Positions 1 to 8,018 of a stretch of DNA of 23,561 nucleotides are shown here, piece by piece. This stretch comes from an uncultured archaeon (GTDB lineage Archaea; Asgardarchaeota; Heimdallarchaeia; Heimdallarchaeales; Kariarchaeaceae): assembly GCA_964645535.1 (NCBI GenBank), contig CAZYCQ010000051.1:1-23561 (forward strand), written 5' to 3'. The position numbers were made by a program, and so were the translations under genes. A model generated the notes under the pieces. It saw only the letters and a program-made list of their open reading frames with translations. It was not told the origin of the DNA and ran no database searches. Numbering within the stretch: position 1 is the stretch's first letter; every line of letters begins with the position of its first letter.

Positions 1-172
1 TTTTCAGGATATCAGAAGGAAATTTCGCATTGAATTGAAGAACTTGATCGACAAGCCGATTCGGATCCATATCAACTTGAGGAAAATGAGTCCAGACAGA
101 TATCAGCCGTCTCCCAGTAACCTCACCGAATAATTCAGGGAGTTGATCTTTCATTGGATTATTATGGGACAT
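1..172 (-). CDS. Uroporphyrinogen decarboxylase (URO-D/methyltransferase-like) family protein, 5' part only, runs off the left edge
   Basis: Manual translation from ATG 172 (alternative ATG 154) is open to base 1: MSHNNPMKDQLPELFGEVTGRRLISVWTHFPQVDMDPNRLVDQVLQFNAKFPSDILK. The SxWxHFP-xxD...F....D-x-x-K pattern resembles the N-terminus of URO-D-like proteins. Divergent from the ORF at 253. Confidence 0.6.
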   Translation of the reverse strand, partial: MSHNNPMKDQLPELFGEVTGRRLISVWTHFPQVDMDPNRLVDQVLQFNAKFPSDILK

Positions 173-252
173 TAATGTAACAAATTTTTTGCAATGGGCT
201 TGAATTGGTGGCAAAAAGAAAAATAAAGATTGGAATTTAAGAACGTGATTGA

Positions 253-1620
253 ATGGAATTTTACTATTTCTCCTATGGAATCAATATGGCTAAGCGGGTA
301 ATCGAAGCAAGAGGGCTTAATTTTAAATTCGTCTCATTGGGAATACTGCGCGACCATAGAATTGCATTCCATCGGTATTCCAGTGAATGGAATGGATTGA
401 CTGCAAATTTGGAGGTCAAAAGAGGATCTGAAGCATATGGGGTAATATTTCTTACAGATGAACAGGATCTGGAAAAACTGGATATATTTGAGGGAGTGGA
501 TCGTGGAGAAGCAGACAGAACACAGGTTCAGGTTCATCCAAGCAATTCCAAAATTCTTGATGAGCCCATTACTTGCTACACCTATATTCGCAATAGTCCA
601 GACCCAGATGTAGGGAATTTTTCGTTGAATTATCTAACAATTCTTCTGGAAAGCTACAAGGAGTATGGATTTCCAAAACACCTAATTAGAATCATTGAGG
701 ACAGGTTAGACAGAACCTTCATTGTTGATCGAACCCGTAAACGAAGAAGGGCAAGCACAAAAGGGAAATACCTGATTCAGATCGATAAAACAAGTTTAGA
801 CAAGCTTGACCTCAAAGAGGGACAGGACATTGTTGTCGGATACAAAAAACAATATGCCCCTGCCAGAATCCAAGGATTGGAAGGAGAGGAAAACCAAAAG
901 ATCTGCCGTTTGGACAAATCAATCAGAAATGTTTTGGGATTGGAGGAAATGACCCTTCAGAGGGCGACAGTTACGATTTATCCGGTTAAGTTCGAGACAG
1001 TCGATGAAAAGACTGGATGGGATCGAGCAATACAAGTCATCTCCCTCATCGTTTCCATTGTTTTTTTTATTTGGATGCCGTACCTATTGATCAAGAAACG
1101 GATCTATCCTCGAACATTTCTTCTTAAGGTTCAAAGGTTGAAATCGGATATTGTCGAGAAGAATGTTGCGATCGTTCCTAAACAATACTTGAAATTGATT
1201 GGATTGGAGGAAGGAAAATTCATTGACATAGAGGTTCCAGTTTATGCAGATGACCTGTTTGTTTTACGAAGACTCACCATCAGGGCATTCAGTGACGAAA
1301 ATATCGAAAAGGAAGAACAAATGAAATCTCAGCGGATTTATTTGGACGGAACCACTCGAGATCTATTAGGATTACCATACACAATTCCTGATGAAGAATT
1401 TCCATTTGCAGAAATCACCCCGAATCTCAATGCCTTGCTTGCGGAAAGAGGAATTCTGTATCTTGCAACCATTCTGTTTTTGATCGGCAGATTTCAGACT
1501 CTATTGATTAATTTCGGTAGACCCAATGCCTTATTGGACTTCTGGATTTCCGTAGTCCTGTCCATCTGGTTCATAGGGATTGTCGTCTATTTTGAAATGA
1601 AAAACAAGATCAGATATTGA
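253..1620 (+). CDS. Gamma-glutamylcyclotransferase (GGCT/AIG2-like) domain fused to two double-psi beta-barrel-like domains and membrane segments
   Basis: N-terminal YFSYGINM, A-Y-G-V-I-F, LDIFEG (putative catalytic Glu80) and SLNYLTILLESYKEYGFP fit the GGCT fold. aa ~155-245 and ~285-390 resemble CDC48/VAT N-domain barrels. Hydrophobic segments at aa ~260-280, ~401-419 and ~427-447. Confidence 0.75.
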   Translation: MEFYYFSYGINMAKRVIEARGLNFKFVSLGILRDHRIAFHRYSSEWNGLTANLEVKRGSEAYGVIFLTDEQDLEKLDIFEGVDRGEADRTQVQVHPSNSKILDEPITCYTYIRNSPDPDVGNFSLNYLTILLESYKEYGFPKHLIRIIEDRLDRTFIVDRTRKRRRASTKGKYLIQIDKTSLDKLDLKEGQDIVVGYKKQYAPARIQGLEGEENQKICRLDKSIRNVLGLEEMTLQRATVTIYPVKFETVDEKTGWDRAIQVISLIVSIVFFIWMPYLLIKKRIYPRTFLLKVQRLKSDIVEKNVAIVPKQYLKLIGLEEGKFIDIEVPVYADDLFVLRRLTIRAFSDENIEKEEQMKSQRIYLDGTTRDLLGLPYTIPDEEFPFAEITPNLNALLAERGILYLATILFLIGRFQTLLINFGRPNALLDFWISVVLSIWFIGIVVYFEMKNKIRY

Positions 1621-1677
1621 TCAATTTGAACGATTGAAAAGAAGAACCTTCAAGAATAGAGAGAAAAACGCGAAATC

Positions 1678-2535
1678 ATGCGTGAAATCAAGAAGATTCT
1701 GGTACTTGGTCTTGGCACAATGGGAAACGGTATTGCCCATGTTGCCGCACAAGGAGGATATGAAGTCGTAGCTTACGACATCAAGCAAGAGTTTTTGGAC
1801 AGGGGAGTAGCCACCATCAGGAAGAACCTGAGTAGGGGACTCAAAAAAGGGAAAATTACGGAGGAAGAGATTGAAAAAATCATGGCAAGAATATCTACAT
1901 CCACTGATTTAGAAAAGGCAGCAGAGGGAGTGGACTTTGTCATCGAAGCGGTCTATGAAAACCTTGAAGTGAAGGTTGACTTGTTCCAGCGACTAAACAA
2001 GGTACTCCCAGAAGATGTCATCTTTGCTTCGAATACCTCATCAATTTCCATTTCTCTTCTTGCAGGAAGTTCTGGACGACCTGAACGGTTCATTGGAATG
2101 CATTTCTTCAATCCAGTCCCTGTCATGAAACTGGTGGAAATTATTCGAGGGATATTGACGACTGATGAAACATATGAAGTTACCAAGCAAATCGCAGAGA
2201 AAATGGGGAAGGAAACCATTGTAGCAAAAGACAGTCCGGGATTTGTGGTCAATAGGATACTGGTCCCTATGCTTAATGAGGCAGTATTTGCCTATTCAGA
2301 GGGATTGGCAACCGCAGAGGACATTGATAAGGGAATGGTGCTAGGCACAAACATGCCGATTGGTCCCTTGGCATTATTGGACCTGATTGGATTGGATACA
2401 GCTTTGATGGTCTCAGATGAATTCTATAAGCAATTCCAGGACAGCAAATACAGGGTTCCTCCACTCATGAGACAGATGGTTGCCTCAGGCCTTCTTGGAA
2501 GAAAGTCGGGAAGAGGGTTCTACAAGTATGACTAA
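1678..2535 (+). CDS. hbd: 3-hydroxybutyryl-CoA / 3-hydroxyacyl-CoA dehydrogenase
   Basis: Rossmann GLGTMGNG, IEAVYEN, ASNTSSIS, GMHFFNPVPVMKLVE, PGFVVNR, DLIGLD, LGRKSGRGFY; 285 aa. Confidence 0.95.
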   Translation: MREIKKILVLGLGTMGNGIAHVAAQGGYEVVAYDIKQEFLDRGVATIRKNLSRGLKKGKITEEEIEKIMARISTSTDLEKAAEGVDFVIEAVYENLEVKVDLFQRLNKVLPEDVIFASNTSSISISLLAGSSGRPERFIGMHFFNPVPVMKLVEIIRGILTTDETYEVTKQIAEKMGKETIVAKDSPGFVVNRILVPMLNEAVFAYSEGLATAEDIDKGMVLGTNMPIGPLALLDLIGLDTALMVSDEFYKQFQDSKYRVPPLMRQMVASGLLGRKSGRGFYKYD

Positions 2536-2536
2536 C

Positions 2537-2938
2537 TTACTTCTCCTTGAGACCCATTGAGGTGGTTGCAGTCGGACCAATGGTCAGCGGCAGTATAAGG
2601 AAAAATTGATCAAGTAGTTGTTCCCCTTGAACCGACAATGATCCATTTTCAATAAGAATGCTTATTAGAAAACCCAACATGGCTCCAGCGTTGCAAAACA
2701 ACCATGCAATGAGAAACTTGACGGATATAAATCCAAAGGGTCTTTCGTCGGTTCTGGAAGCACCAAACCATGTCCCTACGCAGATGAGGAACCAGAAAAG
2801 CGCATTCAATAATGCCTGAATCTGTTGTGGCTCAAGATTGCCAAGGGAATTCACTCCAAGGTTATTAAAAATCAACGAAGAAAGAATAGTTCCCAATGCG
2901 GCAGCAACCAATGTGATCACATAGAGTACGAAGCTCAT
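2537..2938 (-). CDS. Hypothetical small membrane protein (3-4 TM)
   Basis: 133-aa ORF with several hydrophobic helices that fills the gap between hbd and ndk; AT-rich box upstream. Confidence 0.7.
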   Translation of the reverse strand: MSFVLYVITLVAAALGTILSSLIFNNLGVNSLGNLEPQQIQALLNALFWFLICVGTWFGASRTDERPFGFISVKFLIAWLFCNAGAMLGFLISILIENGSLSVQGEQLLDQFFLILPLTIGPTATTSMGLKEK

Positions 2939-3045
2939 ATGATGAAATTTGCTGTGGCAAAATAAAGTTTATGCGGCACAGTCAAATGCTGAGAAAGTAT
3001 CACTGAACATATAAAACACTAGACCATCACTGAATTTGATCCAAT

Positions 3046-3495
3046 ATGGAAAAAGAATTTGTCATGCTCAAACCAGATGCTGTCCAAAGAGGACTCATTG
3101 GAACACTGATTAACAGACTTGAAAGAACAGGCTTGAAAATCATCGCAATGAAATTTCTGCAAGTTACCCAAGAAATGGCAGAGAAGCATTATGAAGTTCA
3201 CAAAGGAAAGCCCTTCTATCCTTCTTTGGTAGAATTCATTACTTCTGGACCTGTCGTAGCCATGGTTCTTGAAGGAAAGGATGCAGTAAGCATTACCCGA
3301 AAGATTGTCGGCGCCACAAATCCAGCAGAGGCTGCGCCAGGAACCATTAGAGGAGATTTCGGCATCAATATTGGAAGAAATCTCATCCATGCTTCCGACA
3401 GTCCGGAAAATGCATTGACAGAAATTGCAGTTTACTTTACCGATGATGAACTGGTTTCATGGGAACCAACCCTTTCGAAGTGGTTTACAGAGTAA
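3046..3495 (+). CDS. ndk: Nucleoside-diphosphate kinase
   Basis: MLKPDAVQRGLIG, GATNPAEAAPGTIRGDF, and NLIHASDS carrying the phosphorylated His. Confidence 0.98.
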   Translation: MEKEFVMLKPDAVQRGLIGTLINRLERTGLKIIAMKFLQVTQEMAEKHYEVHKGKPFYPSLVEFITSGPVVAMVLEGKDAVSITRKIVGATNPAEAAPGTIRGDFGINIGRNLIHASDSPENALTEIAVYFTDDELVSWEPTLSKWFTE

Positions 3496-3497
3496 AT

Positions 3498-4169
3498 CTA
3501 AAGAAATTCGTCAAGATTGGTTTGGGGAAACTTTTCAATAATCTTTTGAACAGTCTTCCATTTAATTCTGGCTATGTTAGGCATTTCGTTGAATCGTCGA
3601 TAATATTCCTCCAAGAAATTTCTTGCATTGGTAGGATAACCCTTTCCGAAAGAAGGCAAGTCGGGATATTTTTTTGCATATTCCTTTTGGAGGAGTTGCA
3701 TTTGACGATCTCGTTCGGTTTTTGCTAAAATGCTGGCAGCAGCAACAATTTCATATTTGCTGTCCGCCTTGTGTTCCGCAACCACGTCATCAACTAGATC
3801 CGTGAAGTGGTTTCCAAACCGTTCCGCATTGACATCTGCCGCATCAAGGAATAGTTTTGAAACTTTTGAGGCATAGGGTTGCAAGAGCTGTCGAAATTTA
3901 ATAACCTCTATTTGATTCAATGTTTTTTCAGTCATAAGTACATTGAGTTCGCTTGCTGGGACAACAAGAACCTTTGCAATTGAAACCGCAGACCTTATGC
4001 TTTCTGCAAGTTGTATTCTTTTTTTTTCGGTAAGCGCCTTGCTGTCGTCCACGCCTATTTCACGTAATTCAGCAAGTTCAGAAGGAGTGGCGGCTACAAG
4101 TCCAATTACTAGTGGTCCAAGGACTGGTCCCCTTCCTGCCTCATCCATGCCAGCTACCAAATCATTCAA
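3498..4169 (-). CDS. rnhB: Ribonuclease HII, archaeal type, with C-terminal PIP box
   Basis: GMDEAGRGPVLGPL, VDDSKAL, DAADVN, EHKADSKYEIVAAASILAK, GxGYP; ends in QTNLDEFL; TTG start. Confidence 0.96.
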   Translation of the reverse strand: MNDLVAGMDEAGRGPVLGPLVIGLVAATPSELAELREIGVDDSKALTEKKRIQLAESIRSAVSIAKVLVVPASELNVLMTEKTLNQIEVIKFRQLLQPYASKVSKLFLDAADVNAERFGNHFTDLVDDVVAEHKADSKYEIVAAASILAKTERDRQMQLLQKEYAKKYPDLPSFGKGYPTNARNFLEEYYRRFNEMPNIARIKWKTVQKIIEKFPQTNLDEFL

Positions 4170-4192
4170 TATTCTTGCAAATTCAGAAGCAG

Positions 4193-4241
4193 TTTAAATC
4201 TCGTTGGTTCAATCCAGAAAAATTGGGCGGAAAGGTTAATA
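4193..4241. promoter_or_regulatory. Divergent archaeal promoters for rnhB and the MDR dehydrogenase
   Basis: TTTAAA at 4193-4198 lies 24-29 nt upstream of the rnhB start. Purine-rich GGAAAGG (BRE-like, 4229-4235) and TTAATA (4236-4241) lie 23-28 nt upstream of ATG 4264. Confidence 0.55.
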
Positions 4242-4263
4242 CCATTAGCAGAGGACAACGGGT

Positions 4264-5355
4264 ATGGATCGATTCGAAGCTGTATTTTTACATGAAGACG
4301 GATCTGTCACCAAAGAGACTGTAGACAAACCAGTTCTTGAACAAGGAGGCATCCTCATTAAAACACTCTATTCAGAAATCTGTGGAACTGATGTGCATCT
4401 CAAACACGGCAGGCTATCGGGGGTTCCCTATCCCATCATTCCGGGTCATGTCTCTACGGGAGAAATTGCAGAAATTTCAGGACAAGTTGAAGACATTGAA
4501 GGAAACGTGCTGGAAAAAGGAGACATTGTTACATTTTTGGATGTCCATGAAACATGCAACAGCTGTTGGTTCTGTCTTGTGGCGAAAGAGACAACAAGAT
4601 GTCCAAAAAGAAAGGTCTATGGGATAACTTACTCTGCCAAAGACGGTCCACTTGGAGGCTGGAGCCAATACATTTACCTCAAACCAGGGGTCAAGGTAAT
4701 CAAATTACCATCAAAAGAGTTCGCAAGAAAATTTATCGCGGGAGGCTGTGGTCTTCCGACAGCCATTCATGCCATCCAAAGGGCAGAAATTCAGCTGGGA
4801 GACACTGTTGTCGTGCAGGGAGCCGGTCCAGTTGGACTGATGGCTGCAATACTTGCTGAGAAGAGGGGTGCCCATAAAGTCATTCTTGTAGGCGCTCCTA
4901 CCTTGCGGTTGGAAAAAGCAAAGAAATTTGGCATCATGGAGATGTTGAACATTGAAGAGCTAGATCCCATGGAAAGAGTCAGAAAAATATTGGAGTTGAC
5001 AGATGGAAGAGGTGCAGACCGGGTCATAGAAGCAACAGGAGTGCCAAATGCTCTCAAAGAAGGTATGCAGATGGTCAGGGACGGGGGAACCTACGTTGTG
5101 GTTGGTCAATATACCGATGCGGGTGATGTCAGGATCAATCCCCATCAGGACATAAACCGCAAACATTTGACAATCAGGGGATCATGGGGATCGGACTTTT
5201 CCCATTTCTTTCTAGCGGTAAGGTTTGTAATGAAGCATGAAAGTCTCCCTTGGGAAGAGATCATTTCCAAAGACTATTCCCTTGACGAAATGGGACAGGC
5301 ACTTGACGATCTTGAAGCGTATCGGATCATGAAGGCAGTTGTGAAACCAAATTGA
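4264..5355 (+). CDS. Zinc-dependent alcohol dehydrogenase (MDR superfamily), substrate unknown
   Basis: ICGTD, PGH(V), structural Zn site CxxCxxC-x7-C, third ligand in GCGLPT, Rossmann GAGPVG, GADRVIEATG. Confidence 0.92.
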   Translation: MDRFEAVFLHEDGSVTKETVDKPVLEQGGILIKTLYSEICGTDVHLKHGRLSGVPYPIIPGHVSTGEIAEISGQVEDIEGNVLEKGDIVTFLDVHETCNSCWFCLVAKETTRCPKRKVYGITYSAKDGPLGGWSQYIYLKPGVKVIKLPSKEFARKFIAGGCGLPTAIHAIQRAEIQLGDTVVVQGAGPVGLMAAILAEKRGAHKVILVGAPTLRLEKAKKFGIMEMLNIEELDPMERVRKILELTDGRGADRVIEATGVPNALKEGMQMVRDGGTYVVVGQYTDAGDVRINPHQDINRKHLTIRGSWGSDFSHFFLAVRFVMKHESLPWEEIISKDYSLDEMGQALDDLEAYRIMKAVVKPN

Positions 5356-5476
5356 AACTAATTTCCAAAAATCCACCAGATTTTATGGATTAATGATAAT
5401 AATTTTTTAATGTGTTTAATAATTGTCCGCCATAAATAAAACTATCCTTAAATATAGCAAGATCTGAAAATATATC

Positions 5477-5980
5477 ATGGGTAAGCTAGTAGAAAAGCCA
5501 CCCCTTACCTTCAATGAAGGATTGCTTAAAGAAATTGACCTCAAAATTGTCAGTTTCAGCCGAAAATATGAGGATAGATTCGTTCGTTGGGCCATGGGAA
5601 TAGTTTTTATTTGGTTTGGCATTCTCAAGCCATTGGGAGTGAGCCCCGCAGAAGGCATTGTCAGCAAAACGAGCAGTATGGTTCTTCCATTTGTCAATCC
5701 ACAAGCCATGGTTTGGTTTTTAGGTATTTACGAAGTTTTAATCGGTTTGTTTTTGATCATCAAGCAATTAAACCGTTTAGGTATTCTGATGCTGGCATTT
5801 CAAATGCCTGCCACAATGTTGCCACTTCTCTTGTTCCCTGAAGAAACATTCACACACATCCCATGGGGATTGACTCTTGAAGGGCAATACATTGTCAAAA
5901 ATTTTGTTCTCATGGCAGCAGCCATAGTAATTGCAGGAAGAGTGAGGGAATCAGAGGGAGAAGAGAAAATCGAGAATTGA
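5477..5980 (+). CDS. DoxX / YkgB(RclC)-like membrane protein
   Basis: RWAMGIVFIWFGILK, GIYEVLIG and LTLEGQYIVKNFVL motifs; about 4 TM helices. Confidence 0.8.
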   Translation: MGKLVEKPPLTFNEGLLKEIDLKIVSFSRKYEDRFVRWAMGIVFIWFGILKPLGVSPAEGIVSKTSSMVLPFVNPQAMVWFLGIYEVLIGLFLIIKQLNRLGILMLAFQMPATMLPLLLFPEETFTHIPWGLTLEGQYIVKNFVLMAAAIVIAGRVRESEGEEKIEN

Positions 5981-6793
5981 GTTCCAGACATATCCGTCAT
6001 TTCGTTCCTTGTTTTCAAAATTCTGTATGTGAAGCCATTGGATGAAGGCAGGAATGATTTCATCTATGTTCTCAGGTTTCCTTTCAAGGAAATGTATTTC
6101 GTAGAGCTTTTCTCCGATTTTCCAATAGAGGTCATCAGTGAGTTTGGTAATATCGTTGGGATCCTCTCTTTCCAAAAGAGTAAGAGAATAGAGGTCAAAT
6201 ACCCGTCTAAGTTCAAAAGTCGCATTGGGATGATCATCCACCCTCACATCTACGTAAATATCACTTCCATCATAACCGCTCCCTTTTTTCAGAATCTTTA
6301 AGTGAGCAGATTGTTGCCCACGTTTGTCACCACCGGCCTTTTGTCCGGACTCAAGTGCACACATCAATTTCTCTGCCAGATCCCCATCTGTTTTCAAGAA
6401 GGTGTCAAGCATCTTTTCCACGACTTCTTCCCCCACCAGAATATTTCCTTGAACTGCTACAGCTTCTGCGGTTTTTCCTCCAGCCCAAGGATAACAGTCG
6501 GAACCGGTAAACGACACGCTGTTGCCCTTGAGATCAACGATTCCAACCTGCCTTTGGCTGTTAAGAGGGTCATTTTCTAGAAGAATGTCCAACGTCTGTC
6601 TTGCTGTTGCTCCACTTGCAAGAAGTTTCAGGCCTTGGGTTCCATAGCGTATATTTGCCAAAGCCTGTGTGGCAATTGCCCCACCATCCAAGGAAATCCA
6701 CGGAACAATGGAACCGACGGCAGGAAATTTGCTTTGCACTGCAATTCCAAGTTCACCTGTTTCCTTATCCAATGCAATGATCGAAAAGGTCAT
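5951..6793 (-). CDS. DUF1028-family Ntn-hydrolase-like protein with small C-terminal helical domain
   Basis: MTFSIIA..GIAVQSKFPAVG, GAIATQA, RQVGIVD, QGNIL, GGDKRGQQSA, DVRVDDH; the N-terminal Thr would be exposed after Met removal. Confidence 0.9.
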   Translation of the reverse strand: MTFSIIALDKETGELGIAVQSKFPAVGSIVPWISLDGGAIATQALANIRYGTQGLKLLASGATARQTLDILLENDPLNSQRQVGIVDLKGNSVSFTGSDCYPWAGGKTAEAVAVQGNILVGEEVVEKMLDTFLKTDGDLAEKLMCALESGQKAGGDKRGQQSAHLKILKKGSGYDGSDIYVDVRVDDHPNATFELRRVFDLYSLTLLEREDPNDITKLTDDLYWKIGEKLYEIHFLERKPENIDEIIPAFIQWLHIQNFENKERNDGYVWNSILDFLFSL

Positions 6794-6846
6794 GAGCTGA
6801 TTTGATCATTTCTGAATTTAAAATTGCCGTGATGTCGCAATTGCTA

Positions 6847-7476
6847 TCAGGATTCGCAAATCTCCTCAAGCTCGGTTATTTCGCGTTTGAAAACCTGAGC
6901 TTGGAACTTGTAGACAATGGTCTGCTCATCAGACAAAAGATGGAATGGCATATTTGCCTTTTGGCACAAGGCATAAACAAATTGTTCAGCATCCCAGTTA
7001 TACTTTAGGGGGACAACGGGCAAAAGAAGACCAGAATAAGGCGGGGATTCCACCATAAGTCCATCCTTCCCGACTTCTATCTGGTCAATCAATTCTTCGA
7101 CACTTTGATACTCAATTTTTTCCATTTCTGAGAGAACTTCTAGTTCAATGGTCAGATCCGGAACCTCTTCAGCAGAAACCGGAAGAAATCGGGGATCGCT
7201 GCAAAGGGAGGAAAATGTTGCTTTGGCAATCGCGATGCCAAGTGGGAAGACGGGTCGGGGAAGACCCACACAGCCACGCAGGTTTTCCTCACCTTTTGCA
7301 TTTTTGAGGTAAAGAGTGATGAAGACTCCCCGGTTTTTCTTGAACTCTGGTGGAAGTTGTTCAAGATTTGGTTCAAACTGTTTACCAGTCGTCATATATT
7401 CATCAATTGTCTGTTTGACAATACAAAATGCAGTTTTTTCACTTTCATTCGAAAGAACCGAATAATTCTGCGACAT
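6847..7476 (-). CDS. AMMECR1-domain protein (TIGR00296-like)
   Basis: GVFITL, LRGCVG, DPRFxPV, IELEVLS, GKDGL, GLLLPxV, LCQKA, FQAQVF. Confidence 0.92.
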   Translation of the reverse strand: MSQNYSVLSNESEKTAFCIVKQTIDEYMTTGKQFEPNLEQLPPEFKKNRGVFITLYLKNAKGEENLRGCVGLPRPVFPLGIAIAKATFSSLCSDPRFLPVSAEEVPDLTIELEVLSEMEKIEYQSVEELIDQIEVGKDGLMVESPPYSGLLLPVVPLKYNWDAEQFVYALCQKANMPFHLLSDEQTIVYKFQAQVFKREITELEEICES

Positions 7477-7573
7477 CGATTAATATTAGAATTAAGAGAT
7501 TAAATACTCTAGGTCTAGGGAATTGTTGTAAATTCAGTCAGAAAAAAGAATGTCTTTTACTTTGTTCCGCCGT

Positions 7574-7590
7574 TAGGTTCCAAGAACCTA
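7574..7590. repeat. Perfect inverted repeat TAGGTTC-CAA-GAACCTA
   Basis: 7-bp arms with a 3-nt spacer, about 100 nt upstream of the AMMECR1 start, in non-coding DNA. Function unknown. Confidence 0.5.
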
Positions 7591-8018
7591 TCACCATTAT
7601 AATTGATCATATATGACTGCTGAAATCGAACGACCATTATAGAACTCAAGGGACCTTTGGACACATTCTAGGATAAGTATAACCAATAGCTTTCCAACAC
7701 CAACCGCTGGATGCAAAAATGTAGGAGGAAATGGAAACATGATTTTTGTAAGGATGTGTTCGACAATATTTCGAGGAGTGAAAGATTGTCCACACTCCGT
7801 TTTTGTTTGACGATTCCTAGTTGAGACCTCTCACTCTACAAGATCATATCACCAAGTGAAAGGGAGATAAGGAATTTCACAGATCCCACATTCCTTTATG
7901 GAAGTAATTTAATATAAGGTCGTATACAACTTACTAAAATTGTCGATTTGAATGCCGCAAAATATATGGAGGGAGGTAACTGTCAGATTGATACAATGGA
8001 CGCAGAAAGCACACACGA

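Noticed and set aside
2-133. Plus-strand open frame FQDIRRKF...NLTE* as the 3' end of a gene
   Set aside because: It is the antisense register of the minus-strand frame, which has a recognisable motif and a start codon.
253-1620. CDC48/VAT AAA ATPase
   Set aside because: Only N-domain-like barrels are present; there is no Walker A/B or AAA module.
5368-5384. AAAATC-CACCA-GATTTT hairpin after the MDR gene as a terminator
   Set aside because: A weak AT-rich 6-bp stem, likely chance; archaeal termination does not require hairpins.
7477-8018. Replication origin, tRNA or CRISPR array in the long gap
   Set aside because: I saw no ORB-like repeats with G-strings, no adjacent orc1/cdc6, no cloverleaf or T-loop consensus, and no regularly spaced repeats.
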